DNA of 64,000 nt, from the NCBI GenBank assembly GCA_964515375.1, contig CAZERF010000001.1:45777-109776 (forward strand), written 5' to 3'. Shown here piece after piece: positions 18,493-27,510 of this stretch (positions are counted from its first letter, which is position 1; every line of letters starts with the position of its first letter). Source of the stretch: an uncultured Candidatus Saccharibacteria bacterium. GTDB lineage: Bacteria; Patescibacteriota; Minisyncoccia; Phycocordibacterales; UBA6899. A program made the translations under genes and the position numbers. Below the pieces are notes generated by a model that had not been told where the DNA came from, made no database searches, and was given only the letters and a program-made list of their open reading frames with translations.

Positions 18493-21400
18493 ATGAACTC
18501 CGTATACCCATCTTATAAACGTCCATTCTACCTCATGCTTCGCCCGGTCTTCGTGTGGATCATGACCTTTTCTTTGCTACTCCAAACGAGTGCTGTTCTT
18601 CCGCTTGTCGCGGATGCGAACGTACTTGTGAATGTGTCACATTCGGACGGCACAACATCGACCTACGATCTGAAGGAAACCGAGGACGACATCATTGTTT
18701 CGTACTCCATGGGGGAAACGGATGGATCGGGCGCTCCGACTCTCGATGCGCTCTCCGGCCTGCTTGGCCTTTTGGATTCTTCCCTTACGGAGGTGAAGGC
18801 GGAAACGTCCTGCACGGGGAACGGAACTGCGACGGCAAGTGCGAGCGTGACGGATACAGTCACGATCGAAGGCGAGACGGTTGTTGCGACAGCGAGCGCG
18901 CAATCGACGGTGACCTGTTCTGACGGCGAAACAACCCCCGTCAACACTCCTCCCTCCGTGACGCTTCTTGGCGGAACCCCGATGTCCGTGACGCTTGGTA
19001 CATCCTTTGTCGATCCAGGTGCGAACGCCACCGACGCGGAGGATTGTGTCGGACTCACACAGAGCGCGTGTAATACGGCGTTGTCCTTGACGGCGACGGG
19101 TGTCGTGAACACGAATACTCTTGGAACCTACACGATCACCTACACTGCACGCGATTCGAGTGGAGCATTGGCCGTTCCTGTCACTCGTACGGTTATTGTG
19201 ATCGCTCCGTCAACGACAGAGTGTCGTGCTCCGAGTGATATTATGCTTGCGATCGATCGTTCGGGAAGTATGAATGATGATGGGACAAATCCTGATCAAC
19301 CGATGACCTTTGCGAAGGATGCGGCAAAGAACTTTATTGATAGTCTCTCTGCAACAGATGATCGTGTTGGAGTGGTGTCTTTTAGCACTCTCGCGCGACT
19401 CGATGTGTCTTTGACGAATGATTTCCCTCAAGCAAAATCGGCGCTCACCGGACTCATCGCGGAGGGGTGGACAAATATTGCTGAAGCGCTTCTTTTCTCC
19501 TCGAACGACCTTACTGCGAACGGACGAACCAACGCTCGTCAGATCATTATTTTGCTCTCCGACGGAAGACCGGAACCTGACACGAACGCTGGCACCGTTG
19601 CCGCGATCCAGAACGAAGGGGTATGTCATCTACACGATCGGGCTCGGTTCTGGAATTTCTGCTCCGCTTATGCAGGAGATCGCCACGAGTCCCGCGCACT
19701 ACTTCTTCGCGGCATCCGGTACCGACCTCGACGCCATCTATCAATCCATCTTGAGTGTTGAATGTGCACTTCCGAAAGGTTCCGTTTCGGGCCACAAGTA
19801 TCATGATGTTGACGCAAACGGTTCCTTTGGAGACGGCGACACTGTCGTATCGGGATGGGGGATCACCCTTACTCCGAACTCGAGCACTCTTGGCTCTCCT
19901 CGTACGGTGACCACCGACTCTTCCGGCGCGTATACATTCACTGACGTTCAAGCCGGAGACTATACATTGTGTGAGGCGTCGCGAAGCGGATGGACGCAGG
20001 TGGCACCGACCGCGAATAACGGTTGTTACCTTGTCTCTGTTGTCGACAACGTGGATCTGACCGGAAAGAATTTTTACAACAAAGAGCAGGTGACTCCGCC
20101 CGTCAACACTCCTCCCTCCATCACGCTTCTTGGTGCGAACCCGCTCTCGCTGACTGTTGGTGCATCATTCACCGATCCGGGTGCGAACGCTACCGACGCG
20201 GAGGATTGTGTCGGACTCACACAGAGCGCGTGCAATACGGCGTTGTCCTTGACGGCGACGGGTGTGGTTAATACCGGTTCAATCGGCACTTATACTGTTA
20301 CCTATACCGCTCGTGACTCACAGGGTCTTCAGGCGATTCCGGTGACTCGCACGGTAAATGTGATCGCGCTTCCTCCTCCCGACAACACTCCTCCGGTGAT
20401 CACCGTACTTGGGAACAACCCGCTTTTGGTTCGCATCGGTACTATCTTCACCGACCCGGGTGCGACCGCTGCTGATGCTGAAGATGGCAACATTACCGAC
20501 GATATTGTGAAGACCGGCACCGTGAACACGGCGCAGGTGGGGAACTATACGATCCGCTACAACGTCACTGACTCCGACGGGGCAGCGGCAACGGAGAAGA
20601 CCCGCACGGTCACCGTGTTCTCCGCATGTTCCGACGGTCTCGACAACGATGGCGACGAAACGATCGACTTGAATGATGAAGGATGCACTGATCCGAACGA
20701 CGACAGCGAGAACGAGAAGCCGGTCATTGAACTCATTGGCGAGACTCCCATGTCCGTGACCCTTGGTGCAACCTTTACCGATCCGGGCGCCAACGCGACC
20801 GATACGGAAGATTGTATCGGGCTCACACAGAGTGCGTGCAACACCGCACTTCAATTGACAGCGACGGGTGTTGTGAACACGAATACTCTTGGAACCTACA
20901 CGATCACCTACACGGCACGCGATTCGGAAGGTCTTGAGGCGACTCCGGTCACGCGTACTGTGAACGTGGTCTCCACACCTCCGCCCGCCAATACACGCCC
21001 CGTTATTACGCTCCTTGGCGCGGACCCGCTTTTGGTTCGCATCGGTACAACTTTTGCTGATCCGGGTGCGAACGCCACCGATGCAGAGGATTGTGTCGGA
21101 CTCACACAGAGCGCGTGCAACACCGCACTTCAATTGACAGCGACGGGCACCGTGAACATCGCGCAAGTGGGGAACTATACGATCACCTACACGGCGAAGG
21201 ATTCTCGGGGACTCGAAGCGACTCCGGTCACGCGTACGGTCACCGTGTTCTCCGCATGTTCCGACGGCGTCGACAATGACGGCGATGAAACGATCGACTT
21301 GAATGATGAAGGATGCACTGATCCGAACGATGACAGTGAGAACGAGAAGCCGGTCATCACGTTGCTTGGAAATGTCGCCATGCAACTCATCTTGGGCACG

Positions 21401-23086
21401 ACCTTTACTGATCCGGGTGCGAACGCCACCGACGCGGAGGATTGTGTCGGACTCACACAAGCGGAATGCAACGAGATCCTTGACCTTACCGCAACAGGAA
21501 CGGTCAACACCACGCAGCTTGGCACTTACACTATTACGTACACCGCACGCGATTCGGAAGGCCTTCAGGCTGACCCTAAGACGCGCACCGTGAGTGTGAT
21601 TCAGCAGAGTATTCCGGGATGCACGAGCAACTGTGGTGGAGGTGAGACAAATACTCGCCCGGTGATCACCATGCTCGGCAACAACCCGATCTCTGTTCAA
21701 CAAAACACGACCTTTACCGATCCGGGTGCGACGGCGTGGGACTCGGAAGACGGAGATATCACCAGCAAGATCATTGTCTCGGGTACGGTCGACACTACTC
21801 GCCTCGGTTCCTACAACATCGCGTACAACGTGACGGATTCGAAGGGACTTCCCGCACAAGAGCGCACACGCACGGTCAACGTTGTTCCGTGTACAAGCAA
21901 CTGTGGTGGAGGTGGGGGCGGTGGTAGTGTGACCCTCTCGATTTACAACGAGCGCCTCGCGGTGACCGGCACGACAACTGTTGTTGTGACCTGGAATACC
22001 AACATCCCCGCGGATAGTCGCGTGGTCTACGGACTCAATTCTGTTACTTCGCCCGCGTCTGCCCCGTACTACGGATACCCTCTGACCACGGCCACATCGA
22101 CGACCTATACCACCACACACTCGATGACGATCACCGGAATTCCGTCCATGATCGCGACGTACTATCGACCTGTCTCGACGAACGGCGCACTTGTTGCGGT
22201 GGGGCGTGAGCTTACGCGCGCACCCGAGGTGCCGACCGTGATCGGCGGTTCGTGTGAATACTTGAAGGAATATCTCCGCATCGGGTACAACAACAACCCG
22301 ACCGAGGTCTTGAAGCTCCAGCTTTTCCTCAAGAACTTTGAAGGATTTGCCAACATCTCGACCAGCGGATTCTTTGACGAAGTGACTGATCGCAGTGTCC
22401 GCATCTTTCAGGATCGCTACGCGGCCGACATCTTGACCCCGTGGAACCTTCCCGGCAACACTGGCTATGTCTACTATACGACCAAGAAGAAGATCAACGA
22501 GATCTATTGTCAGCGCGAGTTCCCGCTCACCCCGGCACAGTTGGCCGAGATCGCGGAGTTCCGTGAATTGATCCGTCGCATCGGCGCTCCGGTCTCGGGC
22601 GGTGAAACGGTTACGGTCCCGACCTCAACCGGCGGCACGGCGGTGGTCACTGTTCCCGTCGTTGGTCGCAATGACACACAGTCTTCGACGCAAGGTGCGG
22701 TCGCGGGGGCGGCAACCGTCTCCAATGTTCCCGGTGCGGCAACTTCCACTGCGACAGGGACACAAGCATCGAGTGGTCGCAACGGCATCGCGCTTGCCGA
22801 CCTCCTTGCTACTTCTCCTAGTGTCGGACGGGAACTTCAAAATGGTGAAGCCGCATACGACACCGGGGTGGCCACTTCCGTCTCGGGTGACCCGAGCGCG
22901 CTCTTGAAGCAGAACGCCATTCAGGCGGCGATCGGAGCAATCTCCGACGCGACCCACATCTCGGAAAAGGTTTTGCTCGCAGGACTCCTCTTCCTGATCA
23001 TCCTCATCATCGTTGCGGTCGTGATCGTGTGGAGAATGATCGCACGTCGCAAGCAAAATGAGATGAAACTCCCGAAGCAACTCTAA
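18493..23086 (+). CDS. Giant cell-surface protein (signal peptide, repeated Ig-like DUF5011-type domains, vWA domain, Cys/Asp-rich Ca-binding-like linkers, peptidoglycan-binding domain, C-terminal TM anchor), interrupted by a +1 frameshift near 19615-19625
   Basis: Track ORFs 18493-19761 and 19418-23086 are contiguous parts of one reading frame. The vWA domain starts in the first ORF (MIDAS DRSGSM, LSDG) and continues in the second (GYVIYTIGLG...YFFAASGTDLDAIYQSI). Removing one G from the GGGG run at ~19617-19620 restores AIQNEGYVIYTIGLG. Confidence 0.7.
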
Positions 23087-23100
23087 CGACTACACAAACA

Positions 23101-23140
23101 AAAAGAAATACGCCTCACTCGAGGCGTATTTCTTTTTGTT
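23101..23140. terminator. Bidirectional terminator between the convergent surface-protein and tsaD genes
   Basis: Hairpin AAAAGAAATACGCCTC-actc-GAGGCGTATTTCTTTT followed by TGTTG. Confidence 0.65.
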
Positions 23141-23163
23141 GCTTCACTTTGCGTCGCGCGTAT

Positions 23164-24342
23164 TTATTTTTCATTGGCACTCTCCGAGATCTTCCAGTTG
23201 CCTTTCGCGCGCATCGTCCGCGCTTTGGGGTCGGGAGTGTTGAAGCATGCCGCGATCGCGATCATGAGTGCGTTGTCGGTAGAGAGTCCGGGTTTGGGAA
23301 TTTCGAGTGAAACATCGGGGAAGCGCGCGCCGAGGTCATGCGCTATCCGTGCTCTCAATGAGGCGTTCGCCGAGACCCCGCCGCCTACGATAACGCTCCT
23401 TGCTCCAAATTCCTCCACCGCGCGGAGTGTTTTTGCGGTGAGGACATCGACACAGGCGTCTTCGAATTCGCGCGCGATATGGGCCTTCTTTTCCTCGCTC
23501 AGCGTGTCGATCTTTTGTACCGTATAGAGCACAGCGGTCTTGATCCCGGCAAAAGAGAAATCGTAGTCTCCCGAGTGGAGCATCGGGCGGGGAAGCGGGT
23601 AGGACCCAGGCGTTCCCTTTTGAGCAAGGCGCGCGATCTCCGGACCGCCGGGGTAGGGGAGTCCGAGCATGCGCGCGACCTTGTCGAACGCTTCGCCCAC
23701 CGCATCGTCGCGTGTCGTTCCGATCACTCGATACGCCCCCCATCCTTCCATGAGTACCAACTCCGTATGTCCTCCCGAGACGAGGAGTCCGATAGCGGGG
23801 AATGCGTCGTGCGCGAGGTGCGTCGCCCCATCCTCTTTGCGCTTGAGAAGGGGAGCGAGGAGATGCCCCTCCATGTGGTTGACGGGAACAAGCGGAAGGT
23901 TCCAGAGGTGTGCGAGTGCTTTTGCAAAATTGATACCGACCCACAGCGCCGGTTCGAGCCCTGGTCCGCGCGTGACCGCGATCATGTCGATATCGGGCGG
24001 TGTGATGTCGGGGATCTTGGTCACGAATTGCGTGAAGAGTTCGGGCTCCTTTTCGAGGATATCCTGAAATTCCGCGCGGAGGGGACTTTCGATCACGTGG
24101 CGACTTGTTTCTCGTTTGAGTCCCGCGTCGTCGAGTGTCTTGATGAGAAGCGGAACAAGCGCGCGCGCATGCTCTCGTTTGGCAAGCATGGGGAAGACCC
24201 CGCCGTATTCTTTGTGGATGTCGATCTGGGAAAGCGTGTTGTCGGCGAGGACGCGCAGTGTGATGGAGGGCAATTCACCTTCCGTCTCCACGATCGCGAT
24301 CGCGGTCTCGTCGCAGCTGGTCTCGATAGCAAGGATACGCAT
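23164..24342 (-). CDS. tsaD: tRNA N6-adenosine threonylcarbamoyltransferase TsaD (Kae1/Gcp family) with a ~45-aa C-terminal extension
   Basis: MRILAIETSCDETAIAIVE N-terminus. HMEGHLLA and a GGVSAN-like motif are present. Confidence 0.9.
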   Translation of the reverse strand: MRILAIETSCDETAIAIVETEGELPSITLRVLADNTLSQIDIHKEYGGVFPMLAKREHARALVPLLIKTLDDAGLKRETSRHVIESPLRAEFQDILEKEPELFTQFVTKIPDITPPDIDMIAVTRGPGLEPALWVGINFAKALAHLWNLPLVPVNHMEGHLLAPLLKRKEDGATHLAHDAFPAIGLLVSGGHTELVLMEGWGAYRVIGTTRDDAVGEAFDKVARMLGLPYPGGPEIARLAQKGTPGSYPLPRPMLHSGDYDFSFAGIKTAVLYTVQKIDTLSEEKKAHIAREFEDACVDVLTAKTLRAVEEFGARSVIVGGGVSANASLRARIAHDLGARFPDVSLEIPKPGLSTDNALMIAIAACFNTPDPKARTMRAKGNWKISESANEK

Positions 24343-24482
24343 ATGTCTTGCAATACTAACGTATTTTGTGTTTCGCGCAACGTGTGGCCTTGTGTGGGCA
24401 TTTTTTGAATCTGTACAATATCTTTATTCGTGATATAATTAAAGTATATTGATCTTTCCCACCACTCCCTACGGAGGATATC

Positions 24483-24788
24483 ATGTTGGTCTATGAATGT
24501 GGCGGATACGATCCGCCCCGTGTGATGCAAGCGTATGTTTCCGGGTTCTGGAGCTCGCTCCTTCTGCCTGGAATCATGAGTGATCCTGAGCGTGCGTGCG
24601 TGCACACGATCGTCGCACGGCTCAACGTGGTCCGCTCCGGGACCAAACACTATCATCGCTTCATCGAAGACGTGCGCAAGATGTGTGCCGCGCGCGATCT
24701 CGAGCTTGCGGATGTTGGGACCTCCGAAGCGGAGCTCCGACTTCTGGAGCTGATGGGAAACTCGCTCTTCCGTCGTACGCTCCACTGA
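24483..24788 (+). CDS. Hypothetical protein
   Basis: The 101-aa ORF is preceded by GGAGGA 6 nt upstream and followed by a strong terminator. No family was recognised. Confidence 0.5.
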   Translation: MLVYECGGYDPPRVMQAYVSGFWSSLLLPGIMSDPERACVHTIVARLNVVRSGTKHYHRFIEDVRKMCAARDLELADVGTSEAELRLLELMGNSLFRRTLH

Positions 24789-24811
24789 GCGTCTCGTCCA
24801 CCTACAACACA

Positions 24812-24839
24812 AGACCCGCCTCGGCGGGTCTTTTTTTTG
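24812..24839 (+). terminator. Rho-independent terminator
   Basis: AGACCCGCC-tcg-GGCGGGTCT followed by TTTTTTTTG. Confidence 0.7.
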
Positions 24840-24873
24840 TTTTGGAAATGAGAACGTGGAGCAGATGAGCCGC

Positions 24874-25137
24874 TCATCGGTGGGAACACCCCGGCCAGCA
24901 GCATGGCCGTCGTTTTCCCTTGAGCAATTCTTCTTTTGTGCGTTCAATTCTTCTCGCGCGTGTCTCGGGCTTCTTGGCGTCTTCAACCCTGCATATGAAT
25001 TCATTCTGCGCGAGTGGAGTAAGGGTTTTCCATAGTTCATGAACGCGAGGGTCGTTTGCTATCGCTGTGCGAAGATCTTTTGGTGTGCGGTGGGGGAGTT
25101 TGTGGTCCCTGCGAGGAGCAGCTTTTGTCATGTGCAC
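24874..25137 (-). CDS. YdeI/OmpD-associated family small protein (bacteriocin-protection-like domain)
   Basis: The 87-aa sequence ...DPRVHELWKTLTPLAQNEFICRVEDAKKPETRARRIERTKEEL matches the conserved C-terminal YdeI domain pattern (W..L.P....E...W...AK..ETR.RRI). Confidence 0.5.
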   Translation of the reverse strand: MHMTKAAPRRDHKLPHRTPKDLRTAIANDPRVHELWKTLTPLAQNEFICRVEDAKKPETRARRIERTKEELLKGKRRPCCWPGCSHR

Positions 25138-25320
25138 TTCATTATACGCCTACCCGATCGCTAAAGAAAAAACGGCCCCGGGGGGGTGGAACCCTGTGAG
25201 AAGTGTGGAGTGTTACACTTGAAGGTTGAATGTACCTTGCCGTTGCTCGAAAATTTTCCAGCCCCGGACTGGCGATGCAGACGGCTCCTTTCGTAACGCT
25301 CTATCTTCACCAAAGCGAAA

Positions 25321-25342
25321 GGAAGTGGACTGCTCCACTTCC
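25321..25342. terminator. Hairpin (9-bp perfect stem), possibly a bidirectional terminator
   Basis: GGAAGTGGA-ctgc-TCCACTTCC with T-rich flanks on both strands. Confidence 0.4.
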
Positions 25343-25358
25343 TTTACGCTTCACGCTT

Positions 25359-25430
25359 TGTGACCCCACGGGGAGATCGACCCTTACAGAGGGTCAGTAC
25401 ACCTTTGCGATTTACTCAGAGCAAAGCTCC
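25359..25430 (-). repeat. Degenerate tRNA-like remnant sharing the 3' end CCCCGTGGGGTCAC with tRNA-Glu
   Basis: The minus-strand reading ...GGGTCGATCTCCCCGTGGGGTCAC parallels the tRNA-Glu T arm/acceptor GGGGTTCGATTCCCCGTGGGGTCAC. The upstream stem-loops are not a valid cloverleaf. A further fragment TTGGGGTCACA is at 25486-25496. Confidence 0.5.
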
Positions 25431-25540
25431 TCGTAAATATCGCAAAGCTTTCGATTTCCCGACGTGAGCAAAGCAGTTTGCTCACTTGGGGTCACAGACA
25501 AAAATGGCAATGCTTTCGCATTGCTCATGTTTTGTATCTG

Positions 25541-25612
25541 TGACCCCACGGGGAATCGAACCCCGATTTACGCCGTGAAAGGGCGCTGTCCTAACCGTTA
25601 GACGATAGGGCC
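25541..25612 (-). tRNA. tRNA-Glu (anticodon TTC)
   Basis: Hand-folded on the minus strand. The acceptor stem is GGCCCTA/TGGGGTC. The anticodon stem is GCGCC/GGCGT with loop CTTTCAC. The T arm is CGGGG-TTCGATT-CCCCG. Confidence 0.85.
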
Positions 25613-25727
25613 AAAATGATCGACAAGATCGCGCTTTTTGCGAGGTTTTGCCGATGTGTCAGATATTAGCATATTCACTGGAAAAATCTAGCGGGGTATG
25701 ATAGATTTCTACAGTATCATTCGCAAA

Positions 25728-25814
25728 GGAGATGTGGCTGAGTGGTTGAAGGCAGCAGTTTCGAAAACTGCCGTAGGGGAAACCCTACCAGAGGTTCGAA
25801 TCCTCTCATCTCCG
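25728..25814 (+). tRNA. tRNA-Ser (anticodon CGA), type II with long variable arm
   Basis: The acceptor stem is GGAGATG/CATCTCC. The anticodon stem is GCAGT/ACTGC with loop TTCGAAA. The variable arm is CGTAGGGGAAACCCTACC. The T arm is AGAGG-TTCGAAT-CCTCT. Confidence 0.85.
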
Positions 25815-25849
25815 CAATCGACCCAAGAGGAAGCAACGCGCTTCCGGTT

Positions 25850-26000
25850 GGTTTGTCGTTGCGCGAGATGAGAAAGTGCCCTGCGGCACTTTCGGAGAGG
25901 ATTCGAAACCGTTCTCCAGTATTTGTGAGGAGCTATGCTCCGAATAAATCGGAAACGGGTACTGCGGCTGTAAGCCGAGAAATTCCTCTCATCTTCGCCA
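25850..26000 (+). repeat. Degenerate tRNA-Ser-derived sequence (T-arm-like GGAGAGGATTCGAAACCGTTCTCC and 3'-end-like GAAATTCCTCTCATCTTCG)
   Basis: It shows partial identity to the tRNA-Ser T arm and 3' acceptor (GGTTCGAATCCTCTCATCTCCG). It overlaps spurious ORFs 25709-26023 and 25742-26038. Confidence 0.45.
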
Positions 26001-26119
26001 AGACAATTTATTATCGAAGTCAACCCATTTGTCTATGACGAATGTGCGACCCGAGTACTTAAAAAAAGCTCTTTGAGCGATCTTTTTTGGTATAATACTA
26101 TTAGACTACAAGCGCATTT

Positions 26120-26476
26120 ATGGAAAACAAAACAATAGTAAAATATAATCAAAAAACATATTTACAGATAATAACATCCGCAATCTTGTTGTTTGTTTTT
26201 TATAAATTAGGTTTCTCATTCTATTTTATTATTGGAATGGGATTTTTTATTTTATTGCTTGTTTTATTGAAAGGTAAGCTCTTTAATGGGCTGGATACTT
26301 TTCTGACTGCCCAATTACCATTTCTTTCCAAACAGAGTCCTCGCGTTAAAAAATTATTCATCGTAATTGCTTTCATTCTCTCGTATATTATTTTGAAACA
26401 AATCATCTTTTTCATTCTGTTGCAATCTGGGATAGATGTCCAAAAGATAATATTAGACAGTGTTAATAATCATTAA
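26120..26476 (+). CDS. Hypothetical small membrane protein in an AT-rich islet
   Basis: The 118-aa ORF has 3 predicted TM helices. The surrounding 26040-26700 is roughly 30% GC, against ~55% in the flanks. Confidence 0.4.
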   Translation: MENKTIVKYNQKTYLQIITSAILLFVFYKLGFSFYFIIGMGFFILLLVLLKGKLFNGLDTFLTAQLPFLSKQSPRVKKLFIVIAFILSYIILKQIIFFILLQSGIDVQKIILDSVNNH

Positions 26477-26820
26477 ATAGAAGAAAAAGTGATGTGTCGT
26501 TTTGTTAATCACGGTTCATGCAAATTTTTAGGGTTTGAAAAGTATGACATTACAGTTTTACGAGGTAGCAAGCAGAGAATTGAAAATTATTTCAATGTAA
26601 TTAAAAGCGTGGATAAGGACCACTACAATACCTTTGGAATTTAATAAAGGGAGCCGCTCGCGAGAGTGAGTGATTTTCTGTGCGCGCATTGGGTGGGCGG
26701 GGCAAGCGCAATACAATTTAGGACTCGCCATTCTTTCTCAAAAAATGAGCCGTGTTCTGAAATGCACGTTTTTGGAGTGTCACATATTCTCTAAAATATG
26801 TCGCTAATACGTGCTATAAT

Positions 26821-27510
26821 GTGTGTATGGAAAATTCCGCACCTATTTTGACCGTTTCGGATGTGAGCAAGCGCTTCGATACTCCGGAAGGTCCTGTTTC
26901 GATCCTCGAGCACCTTTCATTTTCCGTGAAGAGGGGAGAGAAGGTTGCCATCATCGGACCTTCGGGCTCGGGCAAGTCCACACTCCTTTCGCTTATCGGA
27001 CTACTCGATACTCCGACAGAAGGACGCATCACGATCGATGGAAAGGACGTTGGCACGCTCTCCGAGTCGGAGCAGGCGCGCGTGCGCAACGAAAAGATCG
27101 GCTTTGTCTTTCAGTCCTTCGAGCTTATCGCGCCCTTTACCGCGTTCGAGAATATCACGGCGCCGCTTGATGTGGGCGGAGTATTGGTCGCGAACTCGCG
27201 CGCCGAAGAACTGCTCGAAGATATCGGGCTTGCTTCGCGTCGTGACGCAATGCCGTTCATGCTCTCGGGTGGGGAGAAGCAGCGCATTGCGATCGCGCGG
27301 GCGCTCGTGCGTGAGCCGGCGATCCTTTTGGCCGATGAGCCCACGGGGAGTCTCGATCGCGCGACTGGGATGCACGTGCTCTCTATGCTTCTTGATGTCG
27401 TCGCAAAGAAAGAGACGACACTGCTCCTTATCACGCACGATGAAAGTATCGCCGAGCGGATGGATCGTGTCTTTGTGATCAGCGACCGAACGCTTCATGA
27501 ACGCCACTGA
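26821..27510 (+). CDS. ABC transporter ATP-binding protein (MacB/LolD/FtsE-type)
   Basis: Walker A is GPSGSGKST. The ABC signature is LSGGEKQRIAIARAL. Walker B is ILLADEPTGSLD. The ATG at 26827 is an alternative start. Confidence 0.9.
   Translation: MCMENSAPILTVSDVSKRFDTPEGPVSILEHLSFSVKRGEKVAIIGPSGSGKSTLLSLIGLLDTPTEGRITIDGKDVGTLSESEQARVRNEKIGFVFQSFELIAPFTAFENITAPLDVGGVLVANSRAEELLEDIGLASRRDAMPFMLSGGEKQRIAIARALVREPAILLADEPTGSLDRATGMHVLSMLLDVVAKKETTLLLITHDESIAERMDRVFVISDRTLHERH

Noticed and set aside
20318-22120. 600-aa ORF on the minus strand inside the giant surface-protein gene
   Set aside because: It is antisense to a well-supported, domain-rich coding frame. Its Arg/Gly/Cys-rich, low-complexity translation is typical of an antisense artefact in GC-rich repeats.
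23479-24408. 309-aa plus-strand ORF overlapping tsaD
   Set aside because: It is antisense to tsaD, which has conserved Kae1 motifs. The same applies to 23336-23944 and 24093-25040.
25709-26038. ORFs 25709-26023 (-) and 25742-26038 (+)
   Set aside because: They overlap tRNA-Ser and its degenerate copy.
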